Virus record (IMG/VR): IMGVR_UViG_3300037110_000087
Coordinates: 62,001 to 126,000 of that record
Strand: one strand, 5' to 3'
Length of the DNA stretch: 64,000 bases
Below are positions 19,122-28,662 of the stretch, in pieces. The position numbers were made by a program, and so were the translations under genes. How positions within the stretch are numbered: the first letter of the stretch is position 1; the number at the start of each line of letters is the position of its first letter. The notes under the pieces were generated by a model. The model was given only the letters and a program-made list of their open reading frames with translations, was not told the DNA's origin and did not search any database.

Positions 19122-20603
19122 TTACTCCCAATATCCTTCAAATGATACTGAAGAGGTGATAGACTGGGAACCGGTGGCTGTTCCAACTACGAAACGAGCA
19201 GTAGAGGCAATAAATTCACCTGGGTTTACTACGATTGGAGTGGTAAATGTAGCGTTTATATCAGTTGCGTTCTGACCAATTACGGCAGCGATAGGCCAAA
19301 ACTGGGTACCAATTTTGGTGTGACGAGGAGCCTTAGCGTTAACAGCATCAGCAGTAGCCAGGGAAATTGCTGTATGACCCCAAGCGAGACCCCAGAGTAG
19401 AGTAGTTGGAGTAGTAGCAACTGTAGCACCGGTATTGATTGAAGTGATACGAACACCAGTAATAACCAAACGTTTAGACATCTGAGTAGCAGACTGTGCT
19501 GGTATCTGGAAGCTAGTGATGATATTGTCGCCAGCAGCAGCGACGTTAGAACCCTGAGCGTTAAACTGTACAACACCACCTAGACCGGCAGCGTTACCAA
19601 CAACAAGGGCAGTGTTGGAAGCAACACCAGTAGCAACGTAAGCAGTAGCGTTACCAAACGAAGGGGCTGATTCACCGATGGCTGAACCGAAAGGCACGTT
19701 AGCGGCATGCTGCTGCATACCAGAAACAATCTGGGACCATGGTTTCTGCCAATCACAACCATTCTGGGTAATCCACTGCTCAGCAATTTTAATCTGGGGA
19801 GCAAGTGAGACTGCGTTGATGGTATAAACACGCACTAGCTGAGGTGGATTTGGCTGATAGCAAGGACCAGGGAGACCCACAGGAGTGGCTAAGGAGGCCA
19901 CAAGAATCTGATCAATATAGAACTCACAACCTAACTGAGTGGCGACAATAGTGTAACGATGCATTACGTTATCAGTCGGAAGTGTTAGGGGTGAAGTCTG
20001 ATATTCAGTACCGTTAGCAGAAATGATACCAATGAAGGTACCACCAGTTGTCCATCTGAAGCAGAAACCATCCAGCAAGCCCACTGAGGTAGCTGAGGTG
20101 ATTAATCCAGCACCAATCTCAATGCACTTGTTGACTTGGTTATTGGCATTGACAACAAGTGCTTCCATCTCGTAACGAGTCTCGTAACCGCCATAGGTAG
20201 GAATGGTAGTGTAGGTCTGATAAGCAATACCCGTAGTGGTCGCAACGCTCAGACCGTTATTCAACCAGAGGAAACCACCGGCAGTAGAACCTGCGGAAGA
20301 GGTCATGGTGGTAGCAGTCTGCTTCAAGGCATCCTGAGGAATAGCGTTGGCAGCAGTCGCAGAACCAGCGAAATTAACATAGAATACCGGACGATCTACT
20401 GCAGCATGAATTCTACCCTCTGTAGATACTGGAATGGCACGATTCTGAGTTAATCCCGTAGTCCCAAGGATTTGACCGCTGATATTGGCGAATCCAATGT
20501 TGTCGGTCGTAGACTGCGGTAGAGTTACGAATGCATTATTTTCATTGTCAACCTCAATCATATTTCCACTGGTTGCGCCGATTATATTTGATGGTAATGG
20601 CAT
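19122..20603 (-). CDS. Virion structural protein with lectin/ConA-like core
   Basis: Start moved to MPLPSN (SD GGAGG); Thr/Ala/Gly-rich; DGFCFRW...MHRYTIV...EFYIDQ. Confidence 0.65.
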   Translation of the reverse strand: MPLPSNIIGATSGNMIEVDNENNAFVTLPQSTTDNIGFANISGQILGTTGLTQNRAIPVSTEGRIHAAVDRPVFYVNFAGSATAANAIPQDALKQTATTMTSSAGSTAGGFLWLNNGLSVATTTGIAYQTYTTIPTYGGYETRYEMEALVVNANNQVNKCIEIGAGLITSATSVGLLDGFCFRWTTGGTFIGIISANGTEYQTSPLTLPTDNVMHRYTIVATQLGCEFYIDQILVASLATPVGLPGPCYQPNPPQLVRVYTINAVSLAPQIKIAEQWITQNGCDWQKPWSQIVSGMQQHAANVPFGSAIGESAPSFGNATAYVATGVASNTALVVGNAAGLGGVVQFNAQGSNVAAAGDNIITSFQIPAQSATQMSKRLVITGVRITSINTGATVATTPTTLLWGLAWGHTAISLATADAVNAKAPRHTKIGTQFWPIAAVIGQNATDINATFTTPIVVNPGEFIASTARFVVGTATGSQSITSSVSFEGYWE

Positions 20604-20614
20604 GTAAAGTCCTC

Positions 20615-21079
20615 CTAGACCCAATTCCAATTAATATTAAAAGTTCCGATCATTGCATCCTTGCATACTGCATCCACTTGAAATCCTGAATCTTCAATTG
20701 GAGCCTCTGCTACTAAATGAATGAAAAGTGCCGCATAAATGTGATCCGTAACAGTGTGATCGGAAGTTGCTACTGCTGCAAGATAAGCATTTGGTATTGA
20801 GGTGCTTTCAATCGATGGACTTGACACTACTACAGATGCGGTGTTAGAGCCAGGAAAAGCACCAAAATCAAGGACAGCGGTACCACCAATTCCAGCGGGG
20901 CCAGTCTCGCCAGTCTCGCCAATTCCATAATAAGGAAGGCTACCCCAGGTTGTTACCCCATCTCCTATTTTTAGTTTACCTGTGTCTGTTTCATACCCAG
21001 GTTCACCTTGACCCAACAAAGTATTACTAGCAGTCCACAGGGCAGCCGTACCACGTCTTAATTGTATTTGTTCGGCCAT
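20615..21079 (-). CDS. Mtd_N-domain fibre-associated protein
   Basis: IQLRRGTAALW...GEPGYETDTGKLKIGDGVTTWGSLPY. Confidence 0.8.
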   Translation of the reverse strand: MAEQIQLRRGTAALWTASNTLLGQGEPGYETDTGKLKIGDGVTTWGSLPYYGIGETGETGPAGIGGTAVLDFGAFPGSNTASVVVSSPSIESTSIPNAYLAAVATSDHTVTDHIYAALFIHLVAEAPIEDSGFQVDAVCKDAMIGTFNINWNWV

Positions 21080-21468
21080 TAAGGAGTTCCTCCATCGACT
21101 GCGGATATTGCTACAAAATTCGTGCTGGGACTTCCCCCATCAAGATTTCCTATTCCCATTGATTGTACCATGAAATAAGGCAAACTGTTCCAAGCGGTTA
21201 CCCCATTACCAACTTTGATCTGCAATAAGACAGTATCATACGCAAACTGTCCTAGAGCCAACGTAGGATTCAGGGTGGCCCAACCAGTAGTCGTGTTACA
21301 TGAGATCTGTACCATGAAATAAGGAAGACTATTCCAAGCAGTAGTCCCATCACCCATCTTAATCTGATGAAGCAAGGTATCATAACCAAGTTCACCACTA
21401 GCCAGGATGGGATTGATTGTGGCCCAGTTTGTGGTTGTGTCGTTTCTTAGCTGTATCTGTACTGCCAT
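21079..21468 (-). CDS. Tandem double Mtd_N-domain protein
   Basis: Two copies of W...NP.LA.G..GYDT...QIK.G.G.TAWNSLPYFMVQ. Confidence 0.8.
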   Translation of the reverse strand: MAVQIQLRNDTTTNWATINPILASGELGYDTLLHQIKMGDGTTAWNSLPYFMVQISCNTTTGWATLNPTLALGQFAYDTVLLQIKVGNGVTAWNSLPYFMVQSMGIGNLDGGSPSTNFVAISAVDGGTP

Positions 21469-21920
21469 TAGCTAGCTCCCCCAGCATTCAGACTTAGTAT
21501 TCCATAGACTGAATTGGCTTTACCACCATCAAGGTAAGTAGAATTTTCATTAATAATGGTCGTACCACCACTTCCACCAGTAGAAACAGAGGCTACAGCA
21601 AGCCATCCTGAGGCACTAGCCTGTAAGGTTACTGAGGCGTTTTGTGCTCCAAGAATATAGTTAGCGACCCCTTCAACGGTGTCAGAGCCACTGCCAACGA
21701 TAGTTACAAGATTAGTTGTAGCGTCAACTTTCTTGACACTCAAAATGATCCCATAAGGGCTATCGAAGGCAGAAGAAATAGGGGGCAGAGTAACTACAAG
21801 ATTTCCAGAGACAGCATTCACAAAAATCCCACTATCCTGCACAGACGCTGAATAATCAGTTGTCTGAGTAGCGACATTAGAGAAGTAGGAAGTTACTTGA
21901 ATACCATTCGGAGCAATCAT
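21468..21920 (-). CDS. Fibre-associated structural protein
   Basis: VVTLPP...SVKKVDATTNLVTI motif common in phage fibre accessory proteins. Confidence 0.65.
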   Translation of the reverse strand: MIAPNGIQVTSYFSNVATQTTDYSASVQDSGIFVNAVSGNLVVTLPPISSAFDSPYGIILSVKKVDATTNLVTIVGSGSDTVEGVANYILGAQNASVTLQASASGWLAVASVSTGGSGGTTIINENSTYLDGGKANSVYGILSLNAGGAS

Positions 21921-21945
21921 TCTGTGACCTTATCTAACTTAACCT

Positions 21946-23991
21946 TTAGCCAACAACCACTACTCTGACGGTGTTGGAAGCAGGAGCAACCCCAAAAGTG
22001 ACTGTAATAGTGTTAGAAGTAGCTGCGGCCCAATCCGCGAGGAGAGCAACACCACCAGAAATGAGCGTAACCGCTGCGACCACATCGGTGGTTCCAAGGT
22101 TATGGGTAATAGTGTAGGTAGTAGTAACTCCATCACCGATAGTAGTAGCATATTTACCAGTGGCTCCCAGATTTGTTCTGGCTCCTGATGCAGAACCAGA
22201 ACCAGTACCACCGTTGACCACAGGAAGAGTTCCTGAGATACCTCCACTGTTGACATTATAAGGGATCTGAGCGATCGAGATAGAAGTGGTATCAATTGTA
22301 ATAACGCCAGTGGTGCTAATATACCAGACAGATCCTGCATAACTGGTACCACCCGCAAGAACCTCTATCTCTACGCCATAGAAGCCGTGGACAGTTGAAC
22401 CGGAAGGGAAATCAAGGGGTCTAGTAAGAGCGGAACCAGAAGAGTTCCAAACCCAGAGTCCATTTTGAGAAGCGGCAGTCTGGCCTGTCAGTAAAATTCT
22501 CTGGGAAGCTGATAGACCTACACCATCAATAGTAGCGCCAGGAGAGGCAATATTAATATTCGCGACAGCAACTGCAACAACAGGAACCTTTTCAACCAAG
22601 GGAGCCTGATTAAGGGCTGCAACATTAACACCAGTACCGCCTTGATTAAGAGGAACGACACCAGCAGTAATCTGGGAGAAGTTAAGGTTGGGAATATCAC
22701 CAGCAGATAAAGTAGTTCCAGAACTGACACGACCATAAGCATCAGTTGTTACCTTGGTATAAGTATTAGCAGAACCAACGGTTGGTAAGTCCGAAGCTAC
22801 TAATAGTCTCCAAGTAGGAGCACCAGAACCATTAACTGGACCAAGAAATCCAAAGCTCTGAGAAGTAGAGGTAAGCCCGGTACCACCATTACCAATAGGT
22901 AAGGTACCAGTAACAATGTTAGATCCACCACCAAGGGCAATAGCACCGTAGGCCGCTTCATTACCTGTACCATTGGAAAGTAAGGGCTGACCGGTGTTGG
23001 CATTAGACTTCACTCTCAAGGCATTAGAAACAGCCTCAAGGGTGGTAGTACCAGTTAAGTTAACATAGATACTAGAACCACTGACGGTAACGCCATTGGT
23101 TCCAGTGTAAGATGCAGACGCACCACTCTGAGCAAAGGTGATACCAGTTGAACCCAAATTGATGGTGCCAACTGTGGTAACGATCCACTGAGTAGCCTGT
23201 AGAGTAGAACCCTGGGCCACAAAGAGATAGGCACCATTCTGGATTAATCCAGGTGTATCAGGAGTAGTATTATCAAAATCATCACTTCTGGTTAGAACCC
23301 AAGGAGTGCCACCAGTACCAACCGTGGTAAGAGTATAAATACCATTATTAGCAGCTGTGGCTTCGTTCTTGACCAGGATTCTTTGGCCAATAGTTCCCAG
23401 TGTAATTCCATCAGCAGAGGGGAATGCACCATTGGCTGAAGCAGTCAGGGTCATTGGCCCGGATGCATAAGTGTTCGTGGGAAGAGGCCCTGTAGTGGCG
23501 CAAACAACATCTGACTTTGGATAAAAACCAGCAGCAATACTCTGTACATAAGCTAAGTTAACACCATCAGTCTGATTGACTGGAGCGTTGGCAATGCTAA
23601 TAGTATTGAACTGAGCATTACCACTGGAGTCCCTCAATACTAAAGTACTACCTGACGCTAGATTAGTAGCAGCATGTAATGTGGTATAATCTGCCGCTGA
23701 CATAGTTCCAGGAACAGAACCTGAAGAAGCCTGAACATTAAGGGTAGGGGCAAGAGCTGTACCTGAATTGGTTAAGGCCGTGCCAGGGGTAACGCTGGTT
23801 ACATATTGATCATCCAGAACGATAGTTCTCGTTCCAAGCTTTACCTTAGCTCGTCCTTGGGAGTCAGCGCCAGCAGAAGTATTGAACCAAATCTGACCAG
23901 TGCTAGGTGACCCAGGATCAGAGGCAAGATTCTGCAATACCACATTTAAAGCTTGATAATTACTAAAATCCAGATTGTTAATTATTTTCAT
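21946..23991 (-). CDS. Tail fibre / virion structural protein
   Basis: Two copies of the RIL(V/L)xxxxxAxxNG(I/L)(Y/W) domain; GTLP(I/V)xxGGTG repeats; C-terminal HNLGT domain. Confidence 0.8.
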   Translation of the reverse strand: MKIINNLDFSNYQALNVVLQNLASDPGSPSTGQIWFNTSAGADSQGRAKVKLGTRTIVLDDQYVTSVTPGTALTNSGTALAPTLNVQASSGSVPGTMSAADYTTLHAATNLASGSTLVLRDSSGNAQFNTISIANAPVNQTDGVNLAYVQSIAAGFYPKSDVVCATTGPLPTNTYASGPMTLTASANGAFPSADGITLGTIGQRILVKNEATAANNGIYTLTTVGTGGTPWVLTRSDDFDNTTPDTPGLIQNGAYLFVAQGSTLQATQWIVTTVGTINLGSTGITFAQSGASASYTGTNGVTVSGSSIYVNLTGTTTLEAVSNALRVKSNANTGQPLLSNGTGNEAAYGAIALGGGSNIVTGTLPIGNGGTGLTSTSQSFGFLGPVNGSGAPTWRLLVASDLPTVGSANTYTKVTTDAYGRVSSGTTLSAGDIPNLNFSQITAGVVPLNQGGTGVNVAALNQAPLVEKVPVVAVAVANINIASPGATIDGVGLSASQRILLTGQTAASQNGLWVWNSSGSALTRPLDFPSGSTVHGFYGVEIEVLAGGTSYAGSVWYISTTGVITIDTTSISIAQIPYNVNSGGISGTLPVVNGGTGSGSASGARTNLGATGKYATTIGDGVTTTYTITHNLGTTDVVAAVTLISGGVALLADWAAATSNTITVTFGVAPASNTVRVVVVG

Positions 23992-24006
23992 TTAATGCTC
24001 CCAACC

Positions 24007-24696
24007 CTAGGTTAAAACTGCCATACCGGAAAATGCTCCACCAAAAGTCAGTGTGACCTGATTCTCAGAGTTATAAGTCACGTCCCCATAGACCTGCGCA
24101 TTCGTGGAGTCTATTACTACAACACTTGGATATCGATTTAAACTATGATCTATCACCCAAATCCTCGATGGCATGCTTTGTGTAAAAGTATACCATGAAG
24201 AATCCCCAGGAATTCCTTGGGGTCCAGCCGGACCCTGTGGACCTTGGTCACCTTGAGGTCCCACTGTTCCCATTGGCCCCTCTGGTCCAACAGGTCCAGA
24301 TGGTCCAGTCTCTCCCTGAGGTCCAGGTGGTCCAGTAATAATAGTCCACCAATCTGGAGTATCTGCAATATTACTTTGCTGATCTGTTATTGGATTAAAT
24401 ATCGGATGTTCATGCTCGTGTTCATGGTGTGATTCAGGAGTGTAAGTTCCTGTAGAACATCCAGTGATAGGAATTATTATTTGGTTTGATGTCGTCGCAG
24501 ATTTCAGGAACCAAGTCCCAGTGCCTCTGACAGGACAATCAGCGGGGACAATTCGGTTAAGGTTATCATCAGTGCCAGTTATTTGACTGTAATAAATATA
24601 GACGTTCCCATCTATCTCTCTGATATCCCGATCGTGACATTTCTTTGAGGGTATTTGACGCAGGTCTTCGACTGTTTTTACAGTGATGTTAGCCAT
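24007..24696 (-). CDS. Collagen-repeat structural protein
   Basis: Gly-X-Y run; C-terminal FTQ...[13 protein letters not shown] domain. Confidence 0.8.
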   Translation of the reverse strand: MANITVKTVEDLRQIPSKKCHDRDIREIDGNVYIYYSQITGTDDNLNRIVPADCPVRGTGTWFLKSATTSNQIIIPITGCSTGTYTPESHHEHEHEHPIFNPITDQQSNIADTPDWWTIITGPPGPQGETGPSGPVGPEGPMGTVGPQGDQGPQGPAGPQGIPGDSSWYTFTQSMPSRIWVIDHSLNRYPSVVVIDSTNAQVYGDVTYNSENQVTLTFGGAFSGMAVLT

Positions 24697-24751
24697 GTCT
24701 CCCTCCGTATTTTCAGTTTAACATCCAATTCCCATGGTCCTTGGGAGACTA

Positions 24752-24780
24752 TTGACAGAGAAATCTTCTTGTGGTATAAT
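24752..24780 (+). promoter_or_regulatory. Perfect sigma70 promoter TTGACA-N17-TATAAT with extended TG
   Basis: Exact consensus read from the sequence. Confidence 0.9.
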
Positions 24781-24786
24781 GGAAAA

Positions 24787-25308
24787 ATGAGCGAACTGGA
24801 CCTCTCCACTTTACGCGAACTCCCGGCCTGGAAGAGCCTGGAAGAGTCCCGGAAGCTCAAGCTGAATGGCCTCCGCGCCCAGATCCTGGCCAAGGAAGGC
24901 AGTCTCAAGGAACTGGCCAAGGAAATACCCCAGAACCCCATGGGAGGGTGGTTTTCCGGTGCAGCCAACGAATCCCTGGAAGTCGAAATGACCTTCGGAC
25001 GGATCAAGAATGATATCAAGGCCCTGCAAGCTGAAATTGCAAAGACGATCCGAATGGATACCAGGGTCCTGGCTGGTGGAGAGAGTGCCCGATATGGTTC
25101 CCTGATTGTCGCCTTGGACCCCTCAGGACACACTACGGTCTACCGGCTGGTCCTGGTCCGCGAGGAACATCTGGAGCGGGGCATCGAACATGTCGAACTG
25201 GGTTGCCCCTTGGCCGACTCCCTGCTGGGAATCACCGAAGGTGAAGAGTTCGAAATGGGTATCTACTACAAGACTAAGTGCGAGGTCCTAAAGGTAATTA
25301 ATAATTAA
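24787..25308 (+). CDS. GreA/GreB-fold protein lacking the acidic catalytic tip
   Basis: Hand alignment to E. coli GreA: coiled-coil, then YG..IV...YRLV..E......VELGCPLADSLLG..EGE....CEVLKV. Confidence 0.7.
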   Translation: MSELDLSTLRELPAWKSLEESRKLKLNGLRAQILAKEGSLKELAKEIPQNPMGGWFSGAANESLEVEMTFGRIKNDIKALQAEIAKTIRMDTRVLAGGESARYGSLIVALDPSGHTTVYRLVLVREEHLERGIEHVELGCPLADSLLGITEGEEFEMGIYYKTKCEVLKVINN

Positions 25309-25321
25309 TAACTGGGATACC

Positions 25322-25350
25322 TTGTGTGAAATCCACGCCTGTGGTATAAT
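25322..25350 (+). promoter_or_regulatory. sigma70-type promoter TTGtgt-N17-TATAAT with extended TG
   Basis: TGTGGTATAAT identical to the 24770-24780 element; SD follows. Confidence 0.7.
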
Positions 25351-25372
25351 AAAGGGAAGGAGAAATCCATGA

Positions 25373-25762
25373 ATGAGCATAACCACCAAGCAACTTAAGG
25401 ATATCATTGCCGTGAATATCATGGCCTGGGGAGAGAGACTTTCCAGTATGGTGATCGAGGAACCTTCCGCATCCCAAGCAAAGAACTGGGCACGGGTTCA
25501 TAAGTGCAAGGTGGAGTTTCCCACCCCGGAAGAGTTTGAGTCCACCTTCATGGACGCAGAAGAGATCGGGATGATCAGAGAACAGCTTGAAGATGGCCCC
25601 GATGTGGATGGAATTGTCTTCAATGAAAGCTATGTCAAGACGGGCAATAGTTTCATCAGCCGAGTCTTCCAATGCAAGACTTGGGAATATCTCCATTGCC
25701 TATATGTTTTCACGGACGAACTAGATCACAATGTCGTCCTGATAACCATTCATGAGGACTGA
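25373..25762 (+). CDS. Hypothetical protein
   Basis: SD GGAAGGAG; downstream of the promoter. Confidence 0.7.
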   Translation: MSITTKQLKDIIAVNIMAWGERLSSMVIEEPSASQAKNWARVHKCKVEFPTPEEFESTFMDAEEIGMIREQLEDGPDVDGIVFNESYVKTGNSFISRVFQCKTWEYLHCLYVFTDELDHNVVLITIHED

Positions 25763-25767
25763 GTGCT

Positions 25768-26047
25768 ATGTGGGGTGAACCCAGGGACTACGAAGAAACT
25801 CACTTGGCCTCCCCACAGGAGGCCGTGAATGAATGGGCTAGGAATGTTGGGGCAGAGCGACTTGACTGCCAGTGGCTCCTGCACGACTGGGATGTATGGG
25901 TCCGCAACCCCCCACTACACTGGCCCCGAACAGCGTCACCCCGAAGATACTGGGGATTGGACGGTATGGTCTTTTGCAGATGGAACTCCCACCAGCGTTT
26001 ATGATGATGGGAACTGGAAGCGCTATCGGGATCGCAACTGCTATTAG
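25768..26047 (+). pseudogene. Small conserved phage protein split by a +1 frameshift in a C6 run
   Basis: Removing one C at 25908-25913 joins WDVWVRNP to HYTGPEQRHPED, giving one 92-aa ORF. Confidence 0.65.
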
Positions 26048-26074
26048 AATTCGTGAAGAAGCATATCAGAGGGT

Positions 26075-26512
26075 GTGATGAGACAGCTTAGCTTTTACTG
26101 CGGTGACTACCAAGCCGCATTGAAGTATTTTAACGCCAACAATCCAAATTCCCACATGGAGAAGCTCACCCAGGATCTGCAGACCGGCGATCAGATGGTT
26201 GAGGAAACCCGACAATATATAGGATCATTCCTCGACAATACCCTGATTACCTATGGGGCCTTCTGGAACCAGGAAACCAGCCCACTCTATTTGTTCTCCA
26301 ATTGTGAGTTTGTGTTCAACACCCTGCGTCTACTGGTTGCCGAAGGGAAGCTGGATCGAAATCAGGTGAACATCCTCTATTTCGAGGATAAAGATGCCAA
26401 TTCCCCTCACATGGGTCTAATGATCGGGAAGAATGGACAGCTTAACTGCTGGCCCTACGGATTCTTTGATACCATGGGGAAGCTGCTGACACGGCTGATG
26501 GAACTGCGCTAG
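26075..26512 (+). CDS. Stand-alone DUF3696-like domain protein
   Basis: NTLRLLVAEGKL...VNILYF...IGKNGQLNCWPYGFFD...LLTRL. Confidence 0.7.
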   Translation: MMRQLSFYCGDYQAALKYFNANNPNSHMEKLTQDLQTGDQMVEETRQYIGSFLDNTLITYGAFWNQETSPLYLFSNCEFVFNTLRLLVAEGKLDRNQVNILYFEDKDANSPHMGLMIGKNGQLNCWPYGFFDTMGKLLTRLMELR

Positions 26513-28653
26513 CTTCCTATTGGAAATAATTTTACATAAGTCTTTATGTAGCCACTGATATCACTAAGGCCCTCCCACAACCTGTAGGATCCACACTGAA
26601 AATTTACGATCTCTGGATGTTTCTTTAGCCACTGATCCAATTTCGGCCATCTAATCTTATATGTAGCTAGCCAATGGATTCCGGGGATAACAATTTCTGC
26701 AGCGTTATTCTCGTACTTTGAAGGTATTGGTTTAAAATTAAATTGGTTACTAAAGGGATCTAATCGAGATAGCCATAATTTATAACCATCATCTGATGGG
26801 TCAACGTAGTTCAGGAGATGAAGTTTCTCACTTTCTCTGAGTCCGTCATAAGCTTCATTGTAGATTAATCTATATTTTTCCTCTTCATACTGTTGTTTAG
26901 CAAGATCGAATTTAGGAGCGTAACCCAATAAATGTTTCTTCAGATACTCGGTAGAGAATTGGATGGGATCAAACATATCCGCATCATCAAACAATTCAGG
27001 ATAAAATTCATCGGAATCGTTTAAATATCCACTCACAAAATCAAAAACCTTCTTCGTCCCACGAATCAAAGGAACTAATTTATCAAAATCCTTAATCCTG
27101 TTACCCTTGAAATGGTTAATGACACTAAGTATATCACCTATGTGAACCTTCTTCTGAATCAGCAGATCAAGATCCTTTGCTATATAAGATTCATATTCCT
27201 GGCCAGGATAGTCCAAGGGATTCACACTTTGAAGAGTAATCTTTGGTGTCACCCAAGTAGGACCGTTCATTTTTCGCAAGTAAGGAACGCAATTAATCTT
27301 ATTTTGGGCATAATCCATTAATCTTTCGTCACGTACATTTCTACTAGTGGCTACTTCAATCAGGGCGTCTATCATTCCCTTTGCTGCTTTTTGTTTTCTT
27401 ATTTCTAAACATTTATCGAGAACCTCAGGCCAGACATAGCCTGCCTGTTTACAATATTGTCCAATTTTGTCCAATTTTGTATTAGCTCCCCAATCAACAT
27501 AGTCTTTATCAGTTATTGGTATAATGAACCAATTTTGGAACATCTTAGGCTCAATCAACAGTTGTCTCTTCTTGATCTTTCCAGCCTTTAGCATTACCTC
27601 CATCTCTGAAAGAGTCTTGATGGGTATATCTTTCTGGAACTGATCAATATACTGAGCACGAAGATTCGAAGAAGTCTTCTTGATCGCACGTTCAGCTTCG
27701 GGCCAAGCTGCACCAATTACATAAAGGGCATAGCCTGCAGCCCACATACCCTTATTAACAATAGCGGCTTCAACATTAGGATCCCTGGGACCAAAATCTT
27801 CAAACCACCCTCTGATTAGATTTTCCTTATCCATGACCTGAGCATCAAACACCTTTGGTTCAAGTTCTGGATAGCGTCTAATCATAATACGCTCTAGTAC
27901 GCTAGCGATCATGACTACTGACTTAGTACCTAGAATCTTTAGATATTTGTCCGAAGGTTCGACGTAGGGAAGAATCCTCTCACAATAATCAACCATCTCA
28001 GGATCTTTCGTCTTATCCCTTATTTCATGAACTAAGTCATAGACCTGATTATTTTTGAGATGATAACCATCTCTGAAGCTCCGATCCCCACGATCACAGA
28101 ACTGACCTGAATCTGGATGTAACTGGGCGTAGGGTTTCCCATCTCGGTAAAAAATCCATAGGGGTCCATCCTTGAGATAGCTGGCAGCAGTCTTCGTACT
28201 GGCCGCCGTACACCAATTGGTATTTGATCCCAAAACTACCGCAGCCTGAGGGGTTGTTACCCGATAAACAATCCAGGGGTCTTCTTTATATTTAATCTCC
28301 GACCCATTAATGCCTTCGTGAACATTTCGCTTCTCTTGCTTCTTTGAATCACCAAATTCATCCAGAGCTTTAAACAGAGAATTGGGAGTATAGGAACCAA
28401 TGTCTGTACTATGGGATTCTTTAAACTGTGAGTTCTTCAGGCGAGTGAATTTCTCGAGTAGACCACGAATCTTTTCGACATCCTCTGGTATTTTGATATT
28501 TTTTGCTTTAATTTGTTTGACCAGCCAGTCGGTATAATTAGAAGGGGGATCAATCTCATCAGCTTGATCCAAGACCTCTGGACCCACTGAATACTTTCGC
28601 ATCAACAGCTCTTTCTTTCTCTCATTGATAACTGCACTAAACCGGAAGGTCAT
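26509..28653 (-). CDS. Large leader-bearing protein with PcfJ-like TNWCTA domain and WPE-type helical repeats
   Basis: MTFRFSA start; VYRVTTPQAAVVLGSNTNWCTAA; AWPEAERAI and VWPEVL repeats. Confidence 0.65.
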   Translation of the reverse strand: MTFRFSAVINERKKELLMRKYSVGPEVLDQADEIDPPSNYTDWLVKQIKAKNIKIPEDVEKIRGLLEKFTRLKNSQFKESHSTDIGSYTPNSLFKALDEFGDSKKQEKRNVHEGINGSEIKYKEDPWIVYRVTTPQAAVVLGSNTNWCTAASTKTAASYLKDGPLWIFYRDGKPYAQLHPDSGQFCDRGDRSFRDGYHLKNNQVYDLVHEIRDKTKDPEMVDYCERILPYVEPSDKYLKILGTKSVVMIASVLERIMIRRYPELEPKVFDAQVMDKENLIRGWFEDFGPRDPNVEAAIVNKGMWAAGYALYVIGAAWPEAERAIKKTSSNLRAQYIDQFQKDIPIKTLSEMEVMLKAGKIKKRQLLIEPKMFQNWFIIPITDKDYVDWGANTKLDKIGQYCKQAGYVWPEVLDKCLEIRKQKAAKGMIDALIEVATSRNVRDERLMDYAQNKINCVPYLRKMNGPTWVTPKITLQSVNPLDYPGQEYESYIAKDLDLLIQKKVHIGDILSVINHFKGNRIKDFDKLVPLIRGTKKVFDFVSGYLNDSDEFYPELFDDADMFDPIQFSTEYLKKHLLGYAPKFDLAKQQYEEEKYRLIYNEAYDGLRESEKLHLLNYVDPSDDGYKLWLSRLDPFSNQFNFKPIPSKYENNAAEIVIPGIHWLATYKIRWPKLDQWLKKHPEIVNFQCGSYRLWEGLSDISGYIKTYVKLFPIGS

Positions 28654-28662
28654 TTGAATTCC

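Noticed and set aside
20615-21468. Diversity-generating retroelement suggested by Mtd_N domains
   Set aside because: No reverse transcriptase, no TR/VR pair differing at adenines, and no C-terminal lectin domain on these genes in the window.
24655-24786. Longer N-terminus for the Gre-like gene as given in the ORF track
   Set aside because: It would overlap the divergent gene and run through the promoter; ATG 24787 fits better.
25298-25696. 132-aa minus-strand ORF
   Set aside because: Antisense to a promoter- and SD-supported plus-strand gene.
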